Below are positions 48,777 to 58,735 of a stretch of DNA of 64,000 nt, one piece after another (the first letter of the stretch is position 1; every line of letters begins with the position of its first letter). Location: the NCBI GenBank assembly GCA_048940925.1, contig JBHLOC010000023.1, forward strand, positions 18,980 to 82,979, in the 5' to 3' direction. The stretch is from Promethearchaeota archaeon (GTDB lineage Archaea > Asgardarchaeota > Lokiarchaeia > Sigyniarchaeales > SOKP01). The position numbers and the translations under genes are program-made. Below the pieces are notes generated by a model, which had not been told where the DNA came from, ran no database searches, and saw only the letters and a list, made by a program, of their open reading frames with translations.

Positions 48777-50447
48777 ATGGAACTCCCAGATTATATTAAA
48801 AATAGAGTATGGCAAGATTCTTTACCTAAAGGAATGACTTTAGAACTTGAGATTCCTGATGATATGACCTTAATTGATGTAGCACTTAACGGTGCGAAAA
48901 AATTTAAAGAGAAAATAGCAATGGATTTTTATGGAAGAGAATATACTTTTGATGAAATGGGAATATTAACTAGGAGATTTGCAGCAGGTTTAAAGGATTT
49001 AGGAATAAAAAAAGGTGATATTGTAGCTTTATGGCTACCTAATTGTCCACAATTTGCCATTAGTTATTTCGGTACAATTTTAATTGGAGCAACAGTCACA
49101 GCTATAAGTCCGTTGTTCGTTGCAAGAGAATTAGAATATCAAATAAAAGATTCTGGAGCTAAATATCTTATCCTTTTAGAGAGATTTTATAAGCAATTCA
49201 AGCGAGCTAATAAAAATTTGGATTTACACAAAGCGATTATAATCAATATTGAGGGTAATATTCCGGAAATCCCCGAAAATGACCAAATTATTCATTATAA
49301 TACAATTTTAGAAAAAAATCAAGAACCGTTAGATCAATTTCCAGAAGATATTGATCCTAAGAAAGATGTTGCTGTAATTCAATATACAGGGGGTACTACA
49401 GGCTTACCAAAAGGCGCACGTTTATCTCACTATAACATAGTAGCAATGACACTCGAGATTAAGCAAATTACTGATTATATGAAGGAACACTATTTTAAAG
49501 GTGATTTGGTGACGTTATCTATTTTACCCTGGTATCATATATATGGGCAAACTTGTGAGTTGATCAGCAACCAATTCGCAGGAGGAAGAGGGATTTTAAT
49601 ACCAAGTTTTGACCTTAAAATGATTGCGCAAGTTATAGATGATTATAAACCCAATTTAGTTTTAGGAGTTCCAACTATGTTTATTAACATGTTGAATTCT
49701 CCACACCTAAAAGATATTGACATATCTTGTTTGAAATATGCTAACGTTGGGGCAGGAGCACTACCAGTCGAAGTGGCTAAAGAATGGGAAGAAAGGACAG
49801 GATTCCAAATGGCTGAAGGTTATGGACTTAGTGAAACTAGTACAGGAGTCAGCACTATGCCACCATGGTCGAAAAAGAAGGAGGGAAGCTGTGGTCTTCC
49901 TTTTGCTAATACATATATAGGAATTATTAACGAGAATTTAAAATTTCAACCACTTGGAGAACCAGGTGAATTAGTAGTATCAGCGCCTCAGGTAATGTTG
50001 GGTTATCATAACAGACCAGAAGAAAACGAAAAGGTTTTCTTTGAAGCAGGGGGAATGAAATGGTTGAGGACTGGCGATTACGCAAAAATGGATGAAGAAG
50101 GTTATGTTTTTCTTTTGGATCGATTAAAAGATATGATAAAATATAAAGGACATTCAGTCTATCCAAGAGAAATAGAGGAAATTCTATATGAGCATCCAGC
50201 TGTCTTAGAATGTGCTGTAATAGGTGTAAGTGATCCATTAAAAGGAGAAGAAATCATGGTTCATATAATTTTAAAACCAGAATTTAAAGATAAGATTTCG
50301 GAAGAGGAAATCATTAATTGGTCAAAAGAAAATATGGCAGCGTATAAATATCCAAGAATAGTAAAATTTGTACATTCCTTACCAAAAAGTGCAATCGGTA
50401 AAATTTTACGACGTACTTTAAGAGAAAAAGAAGCAAAACGAGTGTAA
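48777..50447 (+). CDS. Long-chain fatty-acid--CoA ligase
   Basis: QYTGGTTGLPKG, EGYGLSET, WLRTGD, DRLKDMIK, PKSAIGKILRR. Confidence 0.93.
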   Translation: MELPDYIKNRVWQDSLPKGMTLELEIPDDMTLIDVALNGAKKFKEKIAMDFYGREYTFDEMGILTRRFAAGLKDLGIKKGDIVALWLPNCPQFAISYFGTILIGATVTAISPLFVARELEYQIKDSGAKYLILLERFYKQFKRANKNLDLHKAIIINIEGNIPEIPENDQIIHYNTILEKNQEPLDQFPEDIDPKKDVAVIQYTGGTTGLPKGARLSHYNIVAMTLEIKQITDYMKEHYFKGDLVTLSILPWYHIYGQTCELISNQFAGGRGILIPSFDLKMIAQVIDDYKPNLVLGVPTMFINMLNSPHLKDIDISCLKYANVGAGALPVEVAKEWEERTGFQMAEGYGLSETSTGVSTMPPWSKKKEGSCGLPFANTYIGIINENLKFQPLGEPGELVVSAPQVMLGYHNRPEENEKVFFEAGGMKWLRTGDYAKMDEEGYVFLLDRLKDMIKYKGHSVYPREIEEILYEHPAVLECAVIGVSDPLKGEEIMVHIILKPEFKDKISEEEIINWSKENMAAYKYPRIVKFVHSLPKSAIGKILRRTLREKEAKRV

Positions 50448-50666
50448 AAATAAGAAAATCCACCTATTATCGTTTTAAAGTTTCCGAATCCTAACTTAAG
50501 AATACTGCATTCTTTTACCTTTTTTGTATTTCTCTACTTAAAGAAATAAACAAGGTTCTTTCAATTTTGAAAATGTAGAAAAAGATTGAAATATTATAAC
50601 ATTAGAGTAGTGGTTTATTTATGCAAGATTTTAATTTATGAAAAATATCGAAGTATTTTAAAAATT

Positions 50667-52427
50667 ATGAAAAAAGATAAGGAAAAGAATAAAGAATATA
50701 GGAAGTGGCTTTTAAAACACCTCTTTAGACAAAAATACCTTGTAATGTTAGTTATTATAGGAATCTTTGTGGTAAGTTTAGGTGTCACTATAATGCCAAT
50801 AATAATTGGCAGAATCATTGACAATGTCTTAATAACTCGAGATTTAGGTAATTTACTGATATTACTTGTTATCGGACTTTCTGTATCTCTCGCATATAAT
50901 ATATCTGATTATTTGGTAATGATGCTGGGGCACTTTCTTGGCTTGAAAATTGAAAAAAATATGAGACAAGAATTTTTTGACACAATCCAATTAAAAACGT
51001 TAAGTTTTCACGATAATGTTCGAACTGGGGATTTACTTGCATTTGCTACGAATGATGTTCGAGTAATTAATACAATGGTCGCCCACGGAAGTTTTTTTAT
51101 TTATCCTTTCATCCAAATATTCATAACTTTATATTTATTAATCGAAGTTTTAGACTATCGTTTAGCTTTATTTAGTTTGCCTTTCATAGTTTTATACTTT
51201 TATTTTATTTTGTATTATCGAAAAAGTCTTTCTCCTTTTGTTACTAACCGAATGAAAAAGTATTCAAATTTAGCCGTAGTGCTACAAGACTCAATAAGTG
51301 GTGCAAATGTAGTCAGAGCTTTTAATGCTGAAAGGTTAGAAAGAAAAAAGTTTAGAAGATCTGTAATTGATTACAAGAATAATATGGTTGGGCAAAACAT
51401 TGTCCAAGCTAGATATTATGCTTTACTAATCCTTTATCTATTGATAGGATGCACGTTGTTAATGTGCTCCTTTTTAGTTTATCAAAATTCACTAACAGTA
51501 GGAGATCTAGTCGCTATCAATATCCTTCTTATAGCACTCATCGAACCTACAAGGATGATTCATTGGTCCACAAATGATATGATGAATGGATTTGCTGCCG
51601 CTTCACGATTATATACTTCGCTTTCTAGCGGAGAAAGTGAGACTGATAAAGATACGACTTTAGAATGGCCAAGGAAATTCAAAGGAAAAATTGAATTCAA
51701 TAATGTATCATTTACTCATGAGAATGAAATTAAAAATCCTCGACCAACCCTAAGCAATATAACCTTTAGTATTGAACCATTTGAAAGAGTTGCTCTTGTT
51801 GGTCCTACTGGATGTGGGAAATCAACTTTAGCAAAATTAATTTTATCTCTTTATAAACCACAAGAAGGATCTATTCTTTTAGATGGAGTAGATATAAGAA
51901 ATTATCCTCTTGAAGCTTTAAGAAAACATATTGGTTATATTGAGCAAGAAATTTATCTTTATCCAAGAACTATAAAAGAAAACATCAAATTCGGTAAACC
52001 TTATGCTACTGAGGAAGAGATATTTAAAGCTGCGGAGTTAGCTCAAGTTGATGATTTTGTTAAACAGCACCCTAACGGATATGAGTCTATTGTGGGTGAA
52101 AGGGGAGTGCGACTCTCTGGAGGAGAAAAACAACGCATAGCCATTGCTCGAGCATTTTTGACAGACCCAAAAATTCTCATTTTTGATGACTCTGTTTCCG
52201 CAGTTGATAGTGAAACTGAAGAGAAAATAGGTCTTGCCATGGAAAATATCTTAAGAAATAGGACTACCATAATAATTACTCATCGTTTACATACAATACG
52301 AACTTCAGATAAAATAATTGTACTTAGGAACGGAAAAATTGTAGCAGAAGGGAAGCATAATGAATTGTTACAGATTTCAGAGGATTATCGACGAATTTTT
52401 GGTAAAAAAATACTCAATCAAGTATAA
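50667..52427 (+). CDS. Heterodimeric ABC exporter, subunit 1 (degenerate Walker B); likely start ATG 50667
   Basis: TMD plus NBD; GPTGCGKST, LSGGEKQR, IFDDSVSAVD (Asp in place of catalytic Glu). Confidence 0.9.
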   Translation: MKKDKEKNKEYRKWLLKHLFRQKYLVMLVIIGIFVVSLGVTIMPIIIGRIIDNVLITRDLGNLLILLVIGLSVSLAYNISDYLVMMLGHFLGLKIEKNMRQEFFDTIQLKTLSFHDNVRTGDLLAFATNDVRVINTMVAHGSFFIYPFIQIFITLYLLIEVLDYRLALFSLPFIVLYFYFILYYRKSLSPFVTNRMKKYSNLAVVLQDSISGANVVRAFNAERLERKKFRRSVIDYKNNMVGQNIVQARYYALLILYLLIGCTLLMCSFLVYQNSLTVGDLVAINILLIALIEPTRMIHWSTNDMMNGFAAASRLYTSLSSGESETDKDTTLEWPRKFKGKIEFNNVSFTHENEIKNPRPTLSNITFSIEPFERVALVGPTGCGKSTLAKLILSLYKPQEGSILLDGVDIRNYPLEALRKHIGYIEQEIYLYPRTIKENIKFGKPYATEEEIFKAAELAQVDDFVKQHPNGYESIVGERGVRLSGGEKQRIAIARAFLTDPKILIFDDSVSAVDSETEEKIGLAMENILRNRTTIIITHRLHTIRTSDKIIVLRNGKIVAEGKHNELLQISEDYRRIFGKKILNQV

Positions 52428-52477
52428 TTCTTAAAAAAAGAGAGAGATGATTAAGGACGGGCCTTTATGCGGGATTA

Positions 52478-54286
52478 ATGAACGAAGAACGAAGACGAAA
52501 TTATTCCGATAGGGAATTGTTTGTTCGATATGTCAAAAGAATTAATCCTTTTAAAAAAAGTGTTATTCGTATAGCACTTTTCATTGTAATTTCGGCAGGA
52601 GCAGATATTCTTAATCCTTTAATACTTTCGTATATTGTAGATGAGTTTATTAAGTTAGAACCGAATTTTTTTCTAATTTTTGGTGCTTCATTCCTTTATA
52701 TTATATTATATGGTGTAATATGGTTGATGTTTTACCTACAATATAAAGAGATAGCTAGATTTACTCCTTTTTTTGCAGAACGACTCCGAATGGACATTTT
52801 TGATAAGTTGCAAGAGCAAGATATGAGTTTCTTTGATAATCATCAAACAGGTGGATTAAACACAAGAGTTACTAACGATGTCGTTGATTTTGGTGATATA
52901 ACATTTTTGATAGTGGAAACAATTGGAAATCTTTTTCTAAGTGGTTTAACTCTTGGTATCCTTATCTGGTTAAATACTTCTCTGGCTCTTATTGCCCTTG
53001 CAACAGTTCCCTTTATCTTATTGTTGATGATTTCCCTTAGAAAGCTCGCAAGAAGAGTAAGTAGAAGGTATAGGAAAGCATTAGACAATGTTAATATATC
53101 TATGGTTGAATTAGTCGAGGGTATACATGTTTGTAAAAGTTATGGACAAGAATCAATAATTTCTGAACAATTTGATGAGATAAATAAAAATTATTTTAAA
53201 GCGGGATTTAGATTGACAGCCGTGACTCATCTGTGGAGGAGGCTGCTTGGTTTTATCTCTACTCTTACATTTATTATTATAATGTATATAGGAGGTCATT
53301 TAGTCTTTAGAGATTTGTTAAGTCCTGGGAGGCTGTTTGTATTTTATCTCTATCTTCCAACATTTTTCCGTCCTATTATGGTACTCACAACTTTTTTCCC
53401 TCAATTCAGTACAGGTATGGCTGCATACGAACGCATTCTAGAAATTCTTGATTCAAAACCAATTGTTATCCAAAATCCTAATGCTATCGATGTGGAGGAG
53501 GTTGAAGGAGATATTGAATTTGAAGATGTCGATTTTAGTTATAATAGCAATGAGTGGGTTTTTAAAGGTTTAAATCTCAAAATAGAAAAAGGCGAGAAAC
53601 TTGCCATAGTTGGACATACTGGTTCTGGAAAAACATCTTTAGTTTCACTACTTGCGAGGTATTATGAATTTCAAGGGGGATCAATTAAGATTGATGGAAT
53701 TGATATCAGAGATATGACCTTAGAATCATATAGAAAAAACCTTGGTATGGTTCCGCAGGATGTTTTTTTATTTTCAGGAACTATAGAAGAAAATATCCGA
53801 TATGGGAGACAGGATGCGGCAGAGGAGGATTTATGGAGAGCTATTAAGGCAGTCCATGCAGAAGAATTAATTGAATATTTACCAGAAGGATTTCAAACAC
53901 AAGTAGGTGAGAGAGGAAAGGGAGTCTCAGCAGGCCAAAGACAATTAATTAGTTTTGCTCGGGCACTCTTAACCGATCCAAAAATCCTAATTCTTGATGA
54001 GGCGACCTCAAGTGTAGATGCATACACAGAAGCAGTAATTCAAGAAGCTCTAGATGTTTTATTATCTAATCGAACCTCAATTGTTATAGCACATAGATTG
54101 TCAACAGTAGTTAATGCTGATCGAATATTAGTGATGGATCATGGGGAAATCATTGAAGAAGGTGATCATAAGTCTTTACTTGCAAAAGGTGGAAAATATG
54201 CTCAATTATATAAGCAGTATTTTGAACATCAAAATCTGGATTGGCATCCAACTTATACGACATCAGAAGTTCAAAGCTCTAAGTAA
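52478..54286 (+). CDS. Heterodimeric ABC exporter, subunit 2
   Basis: TMD plus NBD; GHTGSGKT, degenerate signature VSAGQRQ, ILDEATSSVD, IAHRLST. Confidence 0.92.
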   Translation: MNEERRRNYSDRELFVRYVKRINPFKKSVIRIALFIVISAGADILNPLILSYIVDEFIKLEPNFFLIFGASFLYIILYGVIWLMFYLQYKEIARFTPFFAERLRMDIFDKLQEQDMSFFDNHQTGGLNTRVTNDVVDFGDITFLIVETIGNLFLSGLTLGILIWLNTSLALIALATVPFILLLMISLRKLARRVSRRYRKALDNVNISMVELVEGIHVCKSYGQESIISEQFDEINKNYFKAGFRLTAVTHLWRRLLGFISTLTFIIIMYIGGHLVFRDLLSPGRLFVFYLYLPTFFRPIMVLTTFFPQFSTGMAAYERILEILDSKPIVIQNPNAIDVEEVEGDIEFEDVDFSYNSNEWVFKGLNLKIEKGEKLAIVGHTGSGKTSLVSLLARYYEFQGGSIKIDGIDIRDMTLESYRKNLGMVPQDVFLFSGTIEENIRYGRQDAAEEDLWRAIKAVHAEELIEYLPEGFQTQVGERGKGVSAGQRQLISFARALLTDPKILILDEATSSVDAYTEAVIQEALDVLLSNRTSIVIAHRLSTVVNADRILVMDHGEIIEEGDHKSLLAKGGKYAQLYKQYFEHQNLDWHPTYTTSEVQSSK

Positions 54287-54400
54287 TGATTCTATTTATC
54301 TTATATTGTAAAAACAATTTTATTGAAAAACATATTATTATTACCTTAGTCCTAGAAATTATGAAAAACAGATTTAGTTTTTTCTATCCTTGGTAGAAGT

Positions 54401-56761
54401 ATGAATGAAAGAATAAAAAAACTACGTACTCAAAGTCGTGAAGCAATTCCCTATCTTTCTTTAGAACGAGCATTATTAATAACCGAATTCTTTAAAACTG
54501 GTGCAACTCATAAATTCTCTCCTGCAATAGCTAGAGCAAAAGCATTCGAATATATCTTAAAGAATAAAGAAATCTATATTAATGAAGGAGAGTTAATTGT
54601 TGGAGAGCGTGGTCCAGGACCAAAAGCAACTCCAACATATCCTGAAGTATGCTGTCACAGTTTACAAGACTTAGAAATTTTAAATATTCGAGAAAAAATA
54701 TCATTTAAAGTATCAGAGCAATCAAGGAAAGAAACAAAAGAAATTATTATTCCTTATTGGAAAGGTAAAACGATTAGAGAGAAGATTTTTTCCCAAGTTG
54801 ACCGAGAATGGATTGATGCCTATGAAGCAGGAATATTTACTGAATTTATGGAACAACGAGCACCAGGACATACTGTAGCGGGAGATATTATTTGGAGAAT
54901 GGGATTTTTAGAATTTAAAGAATTAATTAAAAATTCTATAAAAGAATTAGATTTTTTTACCGATCCTGATGCTTTTGATAAGAGAGAAGAATTGAATGCT
55001 ATGACCATAGCAGCAGACGCAATTATCGCTTATGCTAATAGATATGCTGAAAAAGTGAAAATTTTAGCTGAAAAGGAAACTGATCCTATAAGAAAGAAAG
55101 AATTAGAAAGAATTTTTGAAATCTGTTCCTATGTACCTGCAAATGCTCCGAGAAATTTTTGGGAAGCATTACAGCATTATTGGTTTATTCATCTGGGTGT
55201 TATAATTGAGTATAATACTTGGGATTCTTTCAATCCAGGACGTCTCGATCAGCATTTATATCCCTTTTTCAAAAAGGATATTTCCGAGGGTAACCTCACT
55301 AAAGAGGAAGCCATAGAATTGCTTCAAGCGTTCTGGATAAAATTTAATAACCAACCAGCTCCACCTAAAGTAGGTGTTACCGCTGAGGAAAGTAGCACTT
55401 ATACAGACTTTTGCAATATTAATATAGGTGGACTAAAAGAAGATGGTTCTGACGGTGTTAATGAATTATCATATATTCTTCTGGATGTAATAGAAGAAAT
55501 GCGTATCGTACAACCAAGTAGTAATGTGCAAATTAGTAAAAAAACTCCTGATGATTTTTTAAAACGAGCTATTAAAATTATAAAAACTGGATTTGGTCAA
55601 CCTTCAGTGTTTAATGCTGATGCGATTATTCAAGAACTTATACGCCAAGGAAAGTCATTGATCGATGCAAGAAAATCCGGGGCAAGTGGATGTGTAGAAG
55701 CTGGAGCTTTTGGAAAAGAAGCTTATATACTAACAGGATATTTTAATTTAGTGAAAATCCTCGAAATTACTCTTAATAATGGAATAGATCCTGCATCTGG
55801 AAAACAGATTGGATTAAAAACGGGGAATCCTATAGTTTTTAAAAATTTTGATGAGTTAAAAGAAGCTTTTGCTAGTCAAATAAATTATTTTGTAGATATA
55901 AAAATAAAAGGTAACCAAATTATTGAACGAATTTGGTCTCAAAGTCCCTCTCCATTTTTATCTATAATAATTGAAGATTGCATTAAGAATGGTAAAGATT
56001 ATAATGATGGAGGTGCAAGATATAATACTTCTTATATTCAAATCGTAGGTATGGGAAGTATAACAGATTGCTTAACATCTTTAAAGTACAACATTTATGA
56101 CAATAAATTCATAAATATAGAGGAACTTTTAAAAGCACTAAAGAAAAATTTTAAAGGATATGAAGATTTACGTCAAAGATTAATAAATAAGTCCCCTAAG
56201 TATGGCAATGATAATGATTATGCGGATTCCATCACTCAGGATGTCTTTGAAATTGTATATAATGCGATAAATGGACGTCCCAATACAAGAGGTGGTGTAC
56301 ACCGGATAAATCTTTTACCAACAACTGTCCATATATATTTTGGTAAAGTAACTGGTGCAACTCCAGATGGTAGGAAAGCATTTGAACCATTATCAGAAGG
56401 TATTTCTCCTGTTCAGGGAATGGATCTTAAAGGTCCAACCGCAGTGATTAAATCTGCGGGAAAAATTGATCATCTACGTACTGGAGGGACATTATTAAAT
56501 CAAAAATTCTCACCTAAATTCTTTTCGAGTGATACAGGTATAAATAATCTGTCTTATTTAATTCGGGCCTATTTTAAAATGGATGGCCACCATATACAAT
56601 TTAATGTAGTCGCAGCAGATACTCTACGAGCTGCACAGAGAGATCCAGGGAAATTTAAAAATCTAATCGTCCGAGTGGCAGGTTACAGTGATTATTTCAT
56701 TAATTTAGGCTCTGATTTGCAGGATGAGATTATAAAAAGAACGGAACATGCAATAATTTAA
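54401..56761 (+). CDS. hypD: Glycyl radical enzyme, trans-4-hydroxy-L-proline dehydratase
   Basis: PTYPEVCCH, FTEFMEQRAPGHTV, WDSFNPGRLDQ, FNNQPAPPKVG, ESSTYTDF, SGCVE, LPTTVHIYFG, RVAGYS; matches the HypD sequence as recalled. Confidence 0.85.
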   Translation: MNERIKKLRTQSREAIPYLSLERALLITEFFKTGATHKFSPAIARAKAFEYILKNKEIYINEGELIVGERGPGPKATPTYPEVCCHSLQDLEILNIREKISFKVSEQSRKETKEIIIPYWKGKTIREKIFSQVDREWIDAYEAGIFTEFMEQRAPGHTVAGDIIWRMGFLEFKELIKNSIKELDFFTDPDAFDKREELNAMTIAADAIIAYANRYAEKVKILAEKETDPIRKKELERIFEICSYVPANAPRNFWEALQHYWFIHLGVIIEYNTWDSFNPGRLDQHLYPFFKKDISEGNLTKEEAIELLQAFWIKFNNQPAPPKVGVTAEESSTYTDFCNINIGGLKEDGSDGVNELSYILLDVIEEMRIVQPSSNVQISKKTPDDFLKRAIKIIKTGFGQPSVFNADAIIQELIRQGKSLIDARKSGASGCVEAGAFGKEAYILTGYFNLVKILEITLNNGIDPASGKQIGLKTGNPIVFKNFDELKEAFASQINYFVDIKIKGNQIIERIWSQSPSPFLSIIIEDCIKNGKDYNDGGARYNTSYIQIVGMGSITDCLTSLKYNIYDNKFINIEELLKALKKNFKGYEDLRQRLINKSPKYGNDNDYADSITQDVFEIVYNAINGRPNTRGGVHRINLLPTTVHIYFGKVTGATPDGRKAFEPLSEGISPVQGMDLKGPTAVIKSAGKIDHLRTGGTLLNQKFSPKFFSSDTGINNLSYLIRAYFKMDGHHIQFNVVAADTLRAAQRDPGKFKNLIVRVAGYSDYFINLGSDLQDEIIKRTEHAII

Positions 56762-56851
56762 ACCTAGATCTCGAATGTTGAAACTAAATTTCTCAAATTT
56801 TCTGAAAAAAGCTGTCTAAAATAGGTTTCTTAGGTGATTTTCTTTTTTTAG

Positions 56852-56921
56852 TGTACATATTCAGTACATAAGATTTAAATATAATAATTCTTAATTTGAT
56901 CATGTACATAATCAGTACATA
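56852..56921 (+). promoter_or_regulatory. Two 19-bp direct repeats flanking a TATA-like box; candidate RHH operator
   Basis: tgtacatattcagtacata (56852-56870) and tgtacataatcagtacata (56903-56921), 18/19 identical, each with GTACATA repeated at 11 bp; tttaaata lies between them. Confidence 0.7.
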
Positions 56922-56995
56922 GAAAAAATTATGATTAAAGAAAATGAAAAAAAATAAGTATTATTCGAATTATTAAAAGGGTGAAATTTGAATAA

Positions 56996-58267
56996 ATGAG
57001 TGAAAATCACAATTTAAAGATAGAGGAAGCCGAAACTTTAAAAGAATTAGAAGAACTAATAAGTAAATCTATTCCTCGGGTAGAAGACATAAGGGATGCA
57101 ACCTTTGGGGTGAAAATCGATGGTGATCATATAACAATGTTAAAGCTGGATGGTAGTGTATTACGAAAACTAGGTAAAAAATTAAGAACACTTCCAGAGT
57201 CAATTGGAAACCTCACATCACTTAATTTTCTTGATTTACGTTATAATAATCTAAAAACTATCCCTGAATCGATTGGAAATCTCACATCGCTTGAATATCT
57301 TAATTTAAGATCAAATAGAATAGATACATTTCCAGATTCAATAGGAAAAATGAAATTTCTTAGAATACTTATTTTAGAAAATAATCCATTAAATAATATC
57401 TCTAAATCGATCGGAAAATTATCATCACTTAAGGAACTCTATTTAGCGGGAGCAAAGTTAACAATGCTCCCTGATTCAATTGGAGAACTTTCCTCTTTAA
57501 GATATCTAAGTCTTGGAAATAATCAATTAACCACTCTCCCAGAGTCAATAGGGAATCTTTCCTCACTTAGAACCTTATGGTTGAGTGAAAATCAATTAGA
57601 AGTACTCCCAGAGACTATTGGAAATTTAAAATCTCTAAAAGTACTTTTTTTAGCGCGTAATAATCTCACATATCTTCCCAAGTCATTTAAAAATTTAACA
57701 TCCTTAAAATCTCTTTTTCTATGGCATAATAAAATAAAGGAACTCCCAGAGTCAGTAATTCAACTTGGATCGCTCCAAACGTTACGATGGGATGATCCTG
57801 AAGCACCAGTATCATATAAAGCTTCAGTTGGAGAAAATTCCTCACCTATCTCTCTTAGAACTAATATAATGAGCGAATTAAAGAAAAAAGCAATTCCCGC
57901 TCATAAAAATGGAATTTATCTGGCAAGACCAAATGAGGAAGAAATAGAAGTGAGAAAAGTCGAAAGGCTCAAACGTATCGAAGAATTAAGACAAGTAGAA
58001 GAAGCCATGAAAAAAACGCAACAAGTCAAATTTTTAGCTAGTATCGCTGAATTAGATGATATTAAGTATTATGCACAAATTACTCACCAATCACAATCTG
58101 AATTTATTCGTAATGCAATAAGGGAAAAAATAAGACTTATGGAAGCTCAATCTACAGAAAAAGGTTTGAATAAGCTTGAAAGTAAACAAAAAGTTAAGTT
58201 AAGCTTTGAAGAATTAAAAAAGATTAGAAAAGCATTAGAGAGATTAGAAAGGAAAGAGAAATCATAA
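56996..58267 (+). CDS. Leucine-rich-repeat protein with C-terminal ribbon-helix-helix domain
   Basis: About nine 23-aa LxxLPESIGNLxSLxxLxLxxN repeats; C-terminal QVKFLASIAELDDIKYYAQITHQSQSEFIRNAIREKI resembles CopG/Arc RHH. Confidence 0.8.
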   Translation: MSENHNLKIEEAETLKELEELISKSIPRVEDIRDATFGVKIDGDHITMLKLDGSVLRKLGKKLRTLPESIGNLTSLNFLDLRYNNLKTIPESIGNLTSLEYLNLRSNRIDTFPDSIGKMKFLRILILENNPLNNISKSIGKLSSLKELYLAGAKLTMLPDSIGELSSLRYLSLGNNQLTTLPESIGNLSSLRTLWLSENQLEVLPETIGNLKSLKVLFLARNNLTYLPKSFKNLTSLKSLFLWHNKIKELPESVIQLGSLQTLRWDDPEAPVSYKASVGENSSPISLRTNIMSELKKKAIPAHKNGIYLARPNEEEIEVRKVERLKRIEELRQVEEAMKKTQQVKFLASIAELDDIKYYAQITHQSQSEFIRNAIREKIRLMEAQSTEKGLNKLESKQKVKLSFEELKKIRKALERLERKEKS

Positions 58268-58396
58268 GTAAACAAACTCAATTTGATTTTTGGATAACAA
58301 ATTTATATCTTGTAGTATTGCGAAAAGTTCAAGATTATTGAAGTAAACTTTTACATTATACATCTAATGAATAAACCATTTCAATAAAACACACTG

Positions 58397-58732
58397 GTGA
58401 AAGTTATCGAAAGTATTCATATTGATGACAGATCGTATCGCAGATTAATTGATTTATTAAGAGGTAAAACAGGTTTAAATTTTGAATATTATAATCCGAT
58501 GTTTGTTGAAAAAAGAATAAAATCAAGAAGGATTCGAGTCAACTGTCAGTCAGCTGAAGAATATTATGAGTATCTATCTTCAAAGAAAGAGGAGATAAGG
58601 AAGTTTGTTGACGGTTTTACCATAAATTTTACTTTTTTCTTTAGGTTTTTTTATCTCTCTAACTTTAAAAAATACAAATCATTTTTACTTTTATTATTTA
58701 GATTAGGAGATTTATTCTTGAGTAGAAGATAG
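58397..58732 (+). pseudogene. Truncated CheR-type methyltransferase (N-terminal helical domain only)
   Basis: GLNFEYYNPMFVEKRIKSR...YYEYL...FTINFTFFFR matches the CheR N-domain and TxxxTxFFR motif, then low-complexity sequence; no SAM-binding domain follows. Confidence 0.65.
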
Positions 58733-58735
58733 GTA

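Noticed and set aside
50667-54286. Degenerate Walker B and signature motifs as signs of decay
   Set aside because: This is the normal asymmetry of heterodimeric exporters such as TM287/288.
57180-57790. Periodic nucleotide repeats resembling a CRISPR or tandem array
   Set aside because: They are the 69-nt coding repeats of the LRR; there are no identical repeats with unique spacers.
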